A DNA stretch of 64,000 bases from a virus: the IMG/VR virus record IMGVR_UViG_3300036781_000230, positions 1-64,000 of that record. One strand, given 5' to 3'. The notes beneath the pieces were generated by a model. The model worked only from the letters and a program-made list of their open reading frames with translations, did not search any database and was not told the origin of the DNA. A program made the translations under genes and the position numbers. Shown here one piece after another: positions 1 to 8,738 of this stretch (position 1 is the stretch's first letter; each line of letters starts with the position of its first letter).

Positions 1-40
1 CCGTCTCGAGCGGCCTGGAGCGGGCTCATACGGCCTACAG
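1..40. repeat. Four degenerate 10-bp GC-rich tandem units
   Basis: ccgtctcgag/cggcctggag/cgggctcata/cggcctacag in an AT-rich genome; may be truncated by the window edge. Confidence 0.5.
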
Positions 41-175
41 GACATGTCCTCCAGGAATTGTGTCATTTCACGCGCTAATGGAAAACCAGCCCTCCCGACT
101 GACATAATCCTGGGCCCGGCATTTTCTAAAGAAAAGCTCCCAGTATGGGGCACCAAACACGTATTTATGCAATCA

Positions 176-475
176 TCAAACGGCGTTCATAATAGAGAAG
201 ATTCTATCGCACTCATCTTGAGTAAGAACACGTCGATCGATATAGGCAGGAGTAAGTTCAGTGAGCAGCCACTCGAGTTTAGAGTCGCTAGAGTCGTAAC
301 CCACTTCTTTTTCTATTTCATTTGCAAGTTCTCTTAAGGCATCAGGGAGAGTATCTCCGAATCCCGCTAGTCCTTCTTGTATATCAGAGCCGATGAGAGC
401 TAAAACCTGATTGCCGTCACCTCGACAATTAACAACGCAAGGAACACTTCTCATGATAGGTCTCTTTATATTCAT
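176..475 (-). CDS. Hypothetical phage protein, possibly HicB-like fold
   Basis: DGNQVLALIG..IQEGLAGFGDTLPDALREL motif. Confidence 0.55.
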   Translation of the reverse strand: MNIKRPIMRSVPCVVNCRGDGNQVLALIGSDIQEGLAGFGDTLPDALRELANEIEKEVGYDSSDSKLEWLLTELTPAYIDRRVLTQDECDRIFSIMNAV

Positions 476-630
476 TTCTGCAACCTCTTAAAATTAGCAA
501 GATTAGACTCGATATCAGCTTTAGTAAAGTTACAATCCGTGTCCCGAAGTACCTCTAACATCTTTTCTTCTTCAGCTATAGCTATACGAAGAGCTAACTG
601 TATAACTTCTTCATCAGTCATATTAGTCAT
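472..630 (-). CDS. Small hypothetical protein (52 aa, not in ORF track)
   Basis: MTNMTDEEVIQLALRIA...; fills the gap with start/stop overlaps on both sides. Confidence 0.5.
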   Translation of the reverse strand: MTNMTDEEVIQLALRIAIAEEEKMLEVLRDTDCNFTKADIESNLANFKRLQK

Positions 631-941
631 CACCAAGGTCCCCTTGTGTTCACTGAAATAAAACTAAATACTGGAGGAGGTCTATAGCCCCATCGATTCT
701 CCCAGTAGTACTCACACTCATCCTCAAGAAGAGCCTCCATTTGAAGCTGCTCATCCCACAATTTCCACGCTGAAAAGGCGTTCATTGATTTCATCCTCTT
801 GCGAAGTGCTTCGTTACTTTCAACAAATATCCCATTAAATGGGTCCCATCGCGCATCCGGATGATCCTCAGGAAGAAGCATTCTCGTTATGCGCGGAAGT
901 CTAAAGAGGGCGTCTAATTCTTTGATATCGTCGTCAGTCAT
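630..941 (-). CDS. Hypothetical protein
   Basis: ORF in tightly packed operon; start moved to MTDDDIKEL. Confidence 0.55.
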   Translation of the reverse strand: MTDDDIKELDALFRLPRITRMLLPEDHPDARWDPFNGIFVESNEALRKRMKSMNAFSAWKLWDEQLQMEALLEDECEYYWENRWGYRPPPVFSFISVNTRGPW

Positions 942-1134
942 GGTGACAGTAGTCCTTAGGCATCTCTTGATCTTCCTGTGGAGTATCTGTGGGCATCCCA
1001 CAAAACTTACAAGAGTATGGGTGGTCTAGCAGGTACTGAATATCTCTAAGCTTTGCATCCATAGGGCCTTCTTTGAAATGAGGCCTGCTGACGAGGTTAA
1101 GGATTCGATTAGCTAATGTACCAGGTTTATTCAT
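934..1134 (-). CDS. Hypothetical protein with CxxC
   Basis: Overlaps both neighbours; CKFC motif. Confidence 0.55.
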   Translation of the reverse strand: MNKPGTLANRILNLVSRPHFKEGPMDAKLRDIQYLLDHPYSCKFCGMPTDTPQEDQEMPKDYCHHD

Positions 1135-1504
1135 GAGCTATTTCCTCAAGTGATTTAAAAGTAGATTCATAAACTCCAAGTCTATTACCATTATTGTGAT
1201 ATTCACGAAGTAAGGTGACGTAATAAGACTGAACAGTCACTTCGGAGCCATAGAGATATCTAATTGGAACCTGATATTGAGCCGCCATGAACACTGCGAA
1301 GTCATAAAATTTCTGGGCCATTATCCAGAGAAACTGGGTGTCGGCTGTCATTGCGATAGGTGGAGCTATCTGAATCGCGGTTTCCGACGCAGAGGTGTCG
1401 AGCGCAAGCGCCTTTGAATCAGTGCTTATTGCTATAGTCGTGGCGACAAATAGCTGTAGAAACCTTCTTCTACTTATAGACAAGTTTGACCACACTTTCC
1501 ACAT
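1127..1504 (-). CDS. Hypothetical protein with twin-arginine-like N-terminus
   Basis: ISRRRFLQLFVATTIA...ALA. Confidence 0.6.
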   Translation of the reverse strand: MWKVWSNLSISRRRFLQLFVATTIAISTDSKALALDTSASETAIQIAPPIAMTADTQFLWIMAQKFYDFAVFMAAQYQVPIRYLYGSEVTVQSYYVTLLREYHNNGNRLGVYESTFKSLEEIAHE

Positions 1505-1508
1505 AAAG

Positions 1509-1724
1509 TTATAGGCATAGTGAACCTTCTTTTTTCATTAATCTAAGCTCACTTTCAACATCAGATTTTGCTGCTTGAACTGTGAAAAAGCGTTCACATG
1601 GTCCATAGAATCGATCAGGTGACGTACCAAGAGTCCAGAAATACCTCAGATAGAAAGTATTGAACCAAATTTCTACTACAACTCCAAGATACTCATAACG
1701 CTCTATAAACACGGTTGACCACAC
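1509..1724 (-). CDS. Hypothetical protein
   Basis: ORF in packed operon. Confidence 0.5.
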   Translation of the reverse strand: MWSTVFIERYEYLGVVVEIWFNTFYLRYFWTLGTSPDRFYGPCERFFTVQAAKSDVESELRLMKKEGSLCL

Positions 1725-2128
1725 TTTCCACTATGACCAGGAGATACCGGGGCACCACACTGGGAACACGTATTATAGTCTTTCGCGTCCCAATCTCCGA
1801 GTAGATGCTTTTCATAGAAATTTTCGTGAGTAGACTTCTCAATTTTCTCAAGTTGCTCAACAGTCATATAGTGATTAAAGTAGGGTTCATCTCGCAGTTT
1901 AAACCACTCTCTAAGTTGACTGAGTTTCGTGAAAGGAGTGTCCCATCTATCTTTGCGCCAACCGTTAAAGTAGAGACTCCAGTAGCGTCCTACTTTCTTG
2001 GCTACGTACACCGTGCCCCATCCCATTCTAAACTCGAATCGACGACTCGTCATCTGAACAACGGTGCTGACTGGTCTAGGTGGCAATACTACGTTTATGT
2101 TAACGGTTCTCATCAGTATCCTCATCAA
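1703..2128 (-). CDS. Hypothetical protein with C-terminal Zn-ribbon-like CxxC...CxxxC
   Basis: CSQCG...CGQPC. Confidence 0.55.
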   Translation of the reverse strand: MMRILMRTVNINVVLPPRPVSTVVQMTSRRFEFRMGWGTVYVAKKVGRYWSLYFNGWRKDRWDTPFTKLSQLREWFKLRDEPYFNHYMTVEQLEKIEKSTHENFYEKHLLGDWDAKDYNTCSQCGAPVSPGHSGKCGQPCL

Positions 2129-2300
2129 AGAAAGGTATTTCTTTAAATTGTTTCTGAATTTTATCCATCACGCTACGTAAAGCTGTTGCTCTTCTATAAG
2201 AAGATTTATGATCTTCATTCGGGTGACCGCGGTAAACCAGAGCTAGGATAAGCGCTCTCTTGACTACAGAAATATCTTTCTTAGTAAGTTCAACTTTCAT
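2100..2300 (-). CDS. Hypothetical protein
   Basis: ATGA-type overlap with the upstream gene. Confidence 0.55.
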   Translation of the reverse strand: MKVELTKKDISVVKRALILALVYRGHPNEDHKSSYRRATALRSVMDKIQKQFKEIPFFDEDTDENR

Positions 2301-2743
2301 AAAGATTCCGGTAGTGATTCTTGGAGTTTACTATCTAATTCAAATAATTCTGTTAAAGGTATTTCATCAAAATCTTTCTGATCGTACTTCATCCATACTC
2401 CCGCAGGTCTATACCCATCAATTACGTCTTTAAGCATTTCCATCAGAGGAGGTGAAACATAATTAGGTACCGCAACAGTAATTGAGTGTTCCTGAAAATT
2501 TTCTGTTACTGCCCACCTATTTCCAAGTAACCAGGTGAGCATCTGGTACATTCTAGTTTGCCAAGGAGTATATGCCCAGTCTCCAACCATTAGAGGTCTA
2601 GTGATGAAAGGCTCAATAGTCTCAAGAGTGGTTTTAATGACAGCGCCGCTCGGCTCGATAGGCTCTATTAGTTCTTTTGGAGCTACCGTAGCTACGGCTA
2701 CAACACCAGCGATTTGCTTGAAGAAGCCGCGTCTCGTGCTCAT
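2297..2743 (-). CDS. Hypothetical protein with twin-arginine-like N-terminus; probably leaderless
   Basis: MSTRRGFFKQIAGVVAVA; ATG lies 6 nt downstream of a TATAAT box. Confidence 0.65.
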   Translation of the reverse strand: MSTRRGFFKQIAGVVAVATVAPKELIEPIEPSGAVIKTTLETIEPFITRPLMVGDWAYTPWQTRMYQMLTWLLGNRWAVTENFQEHSITVAVPNYVSPPLMEMLKDVIDGYRPAGVWMKYDQKDFDEIPLTELFELDSKLQESLPESL

Positions 2744-2748
2744 AATTA

Positions 2749-2778
2749 ATTATACAACCTATTGTACAAAGTTGTACA
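2749..2778 (-). promoter_or_regulatory. Phage promoter TGTACA-N18-TATAAT
   Basis: One of six TGTACAACT-type promoters; at a divergence point. Confidence 0.65.
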
Positions 2779-2880
2779 TAACAATATTACTAAACAGTTA
2801 TGACGTGCAATAAAAACTTGCGAAAAAAGCCAGCGGTTGTTATATGATGAATTATAAGCACTGAGTTATCCTTTAACCTT

Positions 2881-2995
2881 TCACTGAACACGTAAAACGA
2901 ATCTCCTGACTAAGATCGTTGGACGCAGCTATCCGGAGCTATAGCCGGAGCATTAGATCAGGTTGAACACAGACTCGTGAGTGGAGGTTCAGTGA
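2881..2995 (+). promoter_or_regulatory. Structured 5' leader of the late operon
   Basis: tcactgaac (2881-2889) is complementary to gttcagtga (2987-2995), between the GGAGG RBS and the ATG; internal hairpins. Confidence 0.4.
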
Positions 2996-3162
2996 TGCTT
3001 GATCCACAGACCGTATATTTAATTTCAATAGATCAATACTTTCCTACACCTGATGAGGTTAAGGAAATGGCTCGCGTGTTACATGCTCAAGAGTGTTCAA
3101 AGCAAGCCTCTTTGCTTACAGGTACTTTAATCGAAGCTAACGTTCAGATCGGTAGAGCATAA
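2995..3162 (+). CDS. Hypothetical protein
   Basis: GGAGG RBS upstream of ATG 2995. Confidence 0.5.
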   Translation: MLDPQTVYLISIDQYFPTPDEVKEMARVLHAQECSKQASLLTGTLIEANVQIGRA

Positions 3163-3166
3163 AGAC

Positions 3167-3355
3167 ATGAAAATTTTCCTATCAATAGTGTGGATAGTTT
3201 TTGGAGTTATTTTGCTTGTTGTCTCTTATCCGGCGATTAAAGTTGGATTAGAATTCGGCGGAAGAATGGGAATTCTGTTCGTTGTATCTAGACTTTCATG
3301 GATTATCCCTGCTTTAATTTGCTTTAGGTTAAGTCTCCTAGAGCTAAGAGGGTGA
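3167..3355 (+). CDS. Small membrane protein (2 TM)
   Basis: Two hydrophobic stretches. Confidence 0.55.
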   Translation: MKIFLSIVWIVFGVILLVVSYPAIKVGLEFGGRMGILFVVSRLSWIIPALICFRLSLLELRG

Positions 3356-3621
3356 AGATCTGTGACGCGGGAAATAACCTCTATTTCTTCCATTGCCCTG
3401 GCTGCGGTAATGCTCACGGGTTTTCTACTGAACCGGGTCGCTGGACTTTCAACAATGATTACGTCAGACCTACAATCCAACCTTCAATTCTGTGCAACCG
3501 TGACGATCCGAAGACTCGTTGCCACTCATTCGTAGAGAATGGTAACATTCGGTTTCTTAATGATTGTCACCATATTCTTAAAGGACTTACGGTGACGATT
3601 CCTGACTGGGACAGTTTTTAG
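3352..3621 (+). CDS. DUF6527-like Zn-binding protein
   Basis: FHCPGCGNAH..WTFN.D..RPT..PSIL..CHSFV.NG.I.FL.DC.H pattern. Confidence 0.7.
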   Translation: MKICDAGNNLYFFHCPGCGNAHGFSTEPGRWTFNNDYVRPTIQPSILCNRDDPKTRCHSFVENGNIRFLNDCHHILKGLTVTIPDWDSF

Positions 3622-3734
3622 TTCATCCTTCAAATGAGTTGCTAGCATACCTTTCTAGAGGGTTAACTCGAGTGCCGGCCGTTTGAAGCGTTGAGCTGAG
3701 GTAGAGCGTTTCACCTAGCCTACCTCAGATTTTA
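3619..3734 (+). ncRNA. Intergenic structured element (nested stem) followed by a terminator-like hairpin
   Basis: agttca/tgagct, cttcaaatg/cgtttgaag and accttt/agggt pairings; ctgaggtag...ctacctcag + tttt. Confidence 0.4.
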
Positions 3735-3759
3735 ATAGTCAATCCAATGGAGAAATAGC

Positions 3760-4041
3760 ATGGACTGCTGTGTGTTGAGTTCTGAGGAAGTAGGACAGTT
3801 AAAGCACTACAAAATTCTTCCTAATCATGAGAATCATCACCATATTCCATGTGATCAAGCTATTCTCGGTATTAAGGATGAAGACTATGAACTTGTTGAC
3901 GGATTTAATGGTCGTCAGTATCTAACTAAAACTAAGTTATTTTTTCTGCGCAAAGTACCTTCTGGTGGCAAAGGAGCTATTCCAATAGTTCAACGAGTAG
4001 TTAGCAACCACTTGAAGCATCTTATGCCAGTTAGATTTTAA
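3760..4041 (+). CDS. Hypothetical protein
   Basis: GGAG RBS; directly upstream of TerS. Confidence 0.6.
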   Translation: MDCCVLSSEEVGQLKHYKILPNHENHHHIPCDQAILGIKDEDYELVDGFNGRQYLTKTKLFFLRKVPSGGKGAIPIVQRVVSNHLKHLMPVRF

Positions 4042-4054
4042 GGGAGGAGAGACT

Positions 4055-4501
4055 ATGGCCCCTTCTAATAATGGATGGAAACCAGGGCAGAGTGGCAATC
4101 CTGCCGGAGGACCTAAAGGTCCTCGTAAGAAAAATCTTCTCAGTGCTTCGTATAAGGCTATTCTTGGAGAAGTCCTCGATGAGGATACTAAACAAGAATT
4201 TAACATGCCTGACGGTTCTACTTGGGCTGATCTTATTGCAAAGCATGTAGTTAAGCGAGCCGTCGGTAAGGTTCCTGATGAGAAAATTTGCTTTAGAGCT
4301 ATTACTGAACTTCGAGAGACGACTGAAGGAAAAACTCCTGAAAAGGTAATCGCAGCTGGAAGTAATGAGGAACTTGCTAATCTAGCTCGAATCATGCAAG
4401 GAGAGCCGGCCCCACCTGAGGGAGAAGAAGCTATTACTGATGAAGATCAAGCTACAGAGAATGCTGAAGCTGATTTTCACAGTTCAGCAAATGAGGAATA
4501 A
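4055..4501 (+). CDS. terS: Terminase small subunit (DUF5681-like)
   Basis: WKPGQSGNPAGGPKG motif; GGAGG RBS; position before TerL. Confidence 0.75.
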   Translation: MAPSNNGWKPGQSGNPAGGPKGPRKKNLLSASYKAILGEVLDEDTKQEFNMPDGSTWADLIAKHVVKRAVGKVPDEKICFRAITELRETTEGKTPEKVIAAGSNEELANLARIMQGEPAPPEGEEAITDEDQATENAEADFHSSANEE

Positions 4502-4504
4502 ATT

Positions 4505-4822
4505 ATGTGTACATTTTCAGTAGTAGACACTCCACTTACACCAGTAGCGAGTGCCTTATTGCAAGGTGCCGCAAATACTTCAGTTTCAGTTGCTCTCCCC
4601 AGTAATTCTTCAAACACTCCTCCTTCTACAAAAATTATGTTGACTAATATCGGGTCGACTATTCTTTTCATTAATCTAGGAACTTCTGGTGTTGAGGCTA
4701 CTATCTGGGAAGGTGTTCCAGTTCTTCCGAATCAGAATTTATTTTTGTCTATCGGAACGAATGATCACATTGCCGCTATTTCTGAAAGCAGTACCGAACT
4801 CATGATTAATACGGGGTACTAA
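4505..4822 (+). CDS. Small beta-rich putative virion protein (paralog 1)
   Basis: SVALP..LTNIG..LGTSGVEAT..G; similar to the next ORF. Confidence 0.65.
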   Translation: MCTFSVVDTPLTPVASALLQGAANTSVSVALPSNSSNTPPSTKIMLTNIGSTILFINLGTSGVEATIWEGVPVLPNQNLFLSIGTNDHIAAISESSTELMINTGY

Positions 4823-4824
4823 AA

Positions 4825-5121
4825 ATGGCTTTTACTGAGTTTTTTACTCCCTCTGGATACGCTACGCTAGTAGCTGGCGCTACGTCTGCTGGTGTAGCTC
4901 TTCCTGCTGCTGGATCTCCTACCTCAGCTCGAGTTACAAATGCTGGGCCAAATCCAGTAGCTGTTTTGATTGGTGCTTCTGGGGTTGAAGTCACTCCTTC
5001 AACCGGACTTATTTTGAATGCTGGAGAATCAGTGTATCTTGCTACTGGAGCTGAAATTGCTGCCATTTCTTTGGGTGGTGGACCAAGTGATAGCTCAGTA
5101 TTTATCTCAGTAGGCACATAA
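4825..5121 (+). CDS. Small beta-rich putative virion protein (paralog 2)
   Basis: GVALP..VTNAG..IGASGVEVT..G. Confidence 0.65.
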   Translation: MAFTEFFTPSGYATLVAGATSAGVALPAAGSPTSARVTNAGPNPVAVLIGASGVEVTPSTGLILNAGESVYLATGAEIAAISLGGGPSDSSVFISVGT

Positions 5122-5131
5122 GGAGAGTGTT

Positions 5132-6400
5132 GTGCCAATCTTTAAACCGTTCGGACAAAAAGCCCACGATTTTATCAAGAGGCATCCGAGTCAGGATAAG
5201 AAGTACACTCTTCTAGAAGGTAGCGTTCGTTCTTCAAAGACTTTTGCTGTAGATGCTAAGCTCATTCTTCAACTTTGCAATTATAAAGTTAATGGAAAGA
5301 GAGTCATCTGCGGAGCTACGAAGCAAACTGTCTATAAGAACATGCTTCTGGATATATTTCAAGTAGTCGGTAAGAAAAACTATTCTTATAATCGAGCTTC
5401 TGGTGAACTCTGGTTATTCGGGGTTCAGTGGTTCATCATCGGAGCTCGAGATGAAGCAAGTTATAAGAACATTCTTGGCATGACCATTGGCATCGCAATA
5501 TGCGATGAGTGGACTGAATTTCCGAGAAGTTTCTCAATGCAGTTGTTTCTTCGACTTTCTCCCCCGGGCTCGAGGTTATATGCTACCACAAACCCTGGGA
5601 CACCTCAACACTATCTGTTCACTGAAGTCATTCATAACGAGAATTTTGCTCCTGATCTCGAAGTTATCCACTTCACACTCGAAGATAATCCCAATATTGA
5701 AGCTGATCAAAAGAGACAAATTATTGCCTCTCAGAAAGGCGTTTACTATCAACGATATATCTTAGGCCTGTGGGTGGTAGCTGAAGGAGCTATCTACAAG
5801 GATGCGTGGTCGGAAGATCTTTTGTATAATGATCAGTCTAGACCAATTGGACTGTACGGCTCTGGTGGGTACAATAAACATATAATAGCTATTGACCACG
5901 GGACGCACAATCCCTGTACGTTCCTAGAGTTCTTTGATGATGGTGACGTAGCATGGATGGATCGAGAATATTACTGGGACTCAGTTAAAGAGATGAGGCA
6001 AAAAACTAATTCTGAGTATGCTGATGACTTAGAAGAGTTCATAGCTAGTTCTAGAGTTATAGGGGTTAATAATCCTATGATTGTAGTTGATCCTGCTGCT
6101 GCTGGATTTAAGATAGAACTCGTTAAACGCGGATTGTATGTAGTTGATGCGAATAATGAAGTTCTAGAAGGTATTCATCGAACTTCTGAAGTGATGGCCT
6201 GTAAAGCTTTGAGAGTTCATGAAGATTGCGCGAATGAACGTCGAGAATGTGGTCTATATTCCTGGGATAAGAAAGCCGGGGAAAAGGGCAATGAGCAACC
6301 ACTCAAGGTCAATGATCATACTCAAGACGCCAAGAGATATGGAGTAATGGAACTGTTCCCTGAATGGAGAATGGTATCTACTCTTCAAAGAGCTGCTTAA
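5132..6400 (+). CDS. terL: Terminase large subunit
   Basis: Walker A-like EGSVRSSKT, Walker B ICDE, TTNPG, nuclease IAIDHG and DHTQDAKRY. Confidence 0.95.
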   Translation: MPIFKPFGQKAHDFIKRHPSQDKKYTLLEGSVRSSKTFAVDAKLILQLCNYKVNGKRVICGATKQTVYKNMLLDIFQVVGKKNYSYNRASGELWLFGVQWFIIGARDEASYKNILGMTIGIAICDEWTEFPRSFSMQLFLRLSPPGSRLYATTNPGTPQHYLFTEVIHNENFAPDLEVIHFTLEDNPNIEADQKRQIIASQKGVYYQRYILGLWVVAEGAIYKDAWSEDLLYNDQSRPIGLYGSGGYNKHIIAIDHGTHNPCTFLEFFDDGDVAWMDREYYWDSVKEMRQKTNSEYADDLEEFIASSRVIGVNNPMIVVDPAAAGFKIELVKRGLYVVDANNEVLEGIHRTSEVMACKALRVHEDCANERRECGLYSWDKKAGEKGNEQPLKVNDHTQDAKRYGVMELFPEWRMVSTLQRAA

Positions 6401-6409
6401 GGAGCTAAA

Positions 6410-6742
6410 ATGGCACATAATTTTGGTGGTTTCTCAGCTTACGCTAATGACGAGGCTCCCATTGAGGAGATGTCGAATGACGGTGGGCTTCCTGGTTCTC
6501 CTTATTACGCTGGAGACGGCGGTGATGGTTCTGGTGTAATGAGACGTCATCATGTGGAAGGACTTCGTGATTTAGACCGTAAACCTGCAGAAGACTCAAT
6601 GTCTGTTCCTGAAGGAATGAACTCAGGAATTAGTGAAGATTCGCTCGGACCAAGTGGTAAGAAATTCACTGAGCATTTACACTCTCGTAAAGGTGATGGT
6701 AAGTTCGAACCATCATCGATGCGTGGAAAAGAAAAAGAGTAG
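6410..6742 (+). CDS. Hypothetical, probable internal head protein
   Basis: Low complexity; repeated AxD(S/E/G) motifs; GGAG RBS. Confidence 0.6.
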   Translation: MAHNFGGFSAYANDEAPIEEMSNDGGLPGSPYYAGDGGDGSGVMRRHHVEGLRDLDRKPAEDSMSVPEGMNSGISEDSLGPSGKKFTEHLHSRKGDGKFEPSSMRGKEKE

Positions 6743-6767
6743 TCAAATTCGCAATACTGAAAGGTAA

Positions 6768-7064
6768 ATGATGAAACGCCTTGCATTCGCTCTATTGCTT
6801 CTTACGGTAGTTCCTGCGGTAAAAGCCCAGAGTCCTACCCTGCCTCAACCAAACTCAACTCTGGCGAATGACCCTGTTTTTCGGCAGATGGTAACTGAAC
6901 GTGAACTCTTGTTTAAGAAACTTCAGGATATTACCGAGTTTCAACAGTTCATGCAGGTTGAACGAAGCATTGAGCAATACGTAGCTACTCATCCTCAGGC
7001 TCCTGATCCTAAGAATGCTACTCCGGTAAAGCCTGTTACCCACAAGCCTGCTTCGAAGAAGTAA
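6768..7064 (+). CDS. Protein with Sec-type signal peptide
   Basis: MMKRLAFALLLLTVVPAVKA|QS. Confidence 0.7.
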   Translation: MMKRLAFALLLLTVVPAVKAQSPTLPQPNSTLANDPVFRQMVTERELLFKKLQDITEFQQFMQVERSIEQYVATHPQAPDPKNATPVKPVTHKPASKK

Positions 7065-7085
7065 TTCTAAAAGAAAGGAGGTCTG

Positions 7086-8738
7086 ATGCCACGCAAGAAA
7101 TCTACCTCTAGTATCAGACCTCTTCCAGCAAATGACGACAATAATTACGTTCGTCGTCCTAGTGGGATTGCTACTGACAGTTATAGCAATGCTCCTGCTC
7201 GTCTTGGTAATGGTACTCCTAATCTTGTACAGGCTGGTAATTATCCTCTTATTAGACTTACTGAGGATTATCCACTTATCTTGAGTCTGTACAGAAGTTC
7301 TTGGGTCATACGCCGCGTCATAGATACTGTAGCAAATAATATCTACAGTTCTTTTCCTACTCTTACAGCTGATCTAAAGCCTGAGCAGATAAGATCTTTT
7401 GATAGAGTAGTTCGAAAAACAGCTACCCTTACTAAATTGCGCTCAGCTCAGAAGTGGGGAAGACTCTTCGGTGGTGCTGGTGCCGTAATAGTCATCGACG
7501 GTCACGACGATTTGATGCAACCTCTTAGTTTAGACGATGTAGAAATTGGTTCTTTTAAAGGATTGATTCCTTTAGATCGGTGGTCTGGAATTATTCCAGG
7601 ACCTCAGATTGATTCTAATATCAACAACATCGGTAATTTCGGTCTACCTCTATACTATAACTGCATAATGGATGCAGGAAATGTAAACATCCACCATAGT
7701 CGTATTTTGCGGTTTACAGGTAGAGAACTTCCACAATGGGAAGTTCAGGTTGAACTATATTGGGGAATGTCTGAAGTCGAAATTGTATTTGATGAATTAC
7801 GTAAGAGAGATTACAGCTCTTGGAACATTGTGTCTCTGTTAACTCGTGCTCAAGTGCTAAGTATTGAAGAACCCCAATTAGCCACTTTGATGTCTGGTGC
7901 TGGTGGTAGTAATAAATCTTATGGAGATTTCATCAAGAGGATGGAATCCATCAGTCAACTTCTTAATAACCAGGGTCTTCTAGTTCTTGGTAAGGATGGT
8001 AAACTCCAGCAAACTTCTTATGGTTTTGGTGGAATCTCCGATGTCTATCATGAATTTATGAAAGATCTCGCAGCTTCATGTGAAATTCCATATGAAATCA
8101 TCTTTGGAAGAGAGTCTGGTCTTGGAAGTAATTCTGAAGGATCTCTTCAACTTTATGACAATTTGATAGAAGAGAAACGTAAATCTGAAGCCGATCCTAA
8201 TATGGATAGACTTATTCCTATTATAGCTCAGAGTACGTTTGGTTTTGTTCCCGACGATATCGATCACTCGTGGTCGCCGTTCAGATCTCTCTCGCAAGAG
8301 CAGCGCAATAATCTTGCTCGTGGAACTACGACCTCAATTGTTGAGGCCTTTAATTCTGATCTTATTACTAAGCGTGAAGCTAGAACTGAACTCAGAAATT
8401 CAAGCTTAGTTCATGATCAGTTTAGTAGCATTACTAAAGAAGCTCTAGCAGCAACCCCAGACAAGTTTGCTTCTGAGCTTGGCATGGGAGAAATACAAGT
8501 ACCTGAAGGGGGAGGTGATCCATTCTCTGAAGGAAGTGAAAAGGAAAAACCTGCTAAGAATAAGTCTGATAAAGATAAATCTGATAAAGATGAATCTTCT
8601 AAGAAACTCAAAAAGAAGAAAAAGAATAAACTAGCAAAAGATTCCTATCCTTCAGTTGAGAGTGAATCTCTCAAAAATCCAGTAGGAATTTTAGACTGGA
8701 TAAGTAATAAAATCAATATGTTCAGGGCCTCGCAATGA
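7086..8738 (+). CDS. Portal protein (DUF1073 type)
   Basis: LYRSSWVIRRVID, WGRLFGGA, IHHSRILRF, IPYEIIFG motifs; follows TerL. Confidence 0.9.
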   Translation: MPRKKSTSSIRPLPANDDNNYVRRPSGIATDSYSNAPARLGNGTPNLVQAGNYPLIRLTEDYPLILSLYRSSWVIRRVIDTVANNIYSSFPTLTADLKPEQIRSFDRVVRKTATLTKLRSAQKWGRLFGGAGAVIVIDGHDDLMQPLSLDDVEIGSFKGLIPLDRWSGIIPGPQIDSNINNIGNFGLPLYYNCIMDAGNVNIHHSRILRFTGRELPQWEVQVELYWGMSEVEIVFDELRKRDYSSWNIVSLLTRAQVLSIEEPQLATLMSGAGGSNKSYGDFIKRMESISQLLNNQGLLVLGKDGKLQQTSYGFGGISDVYHEFMKDLAASCEIPYEIIFGRESGLGSNSEGSLQLYDNLIEEKRKSEADPNMDRLIPIIAQSTFGFVPDDIDHSWSPFRSLSQEQRNNLARGTTTSIVEAFNSDLITKREARTELRNSSLVHDQFSSITKEALAATPDKFASELGMGEIQVPEGGGDPFSEGSEKEKPAKNKSDKDKSDKDESSKKLKKKKKNKLAKDSYPSVESESLKNPVGILDWISNKINMFRASQ

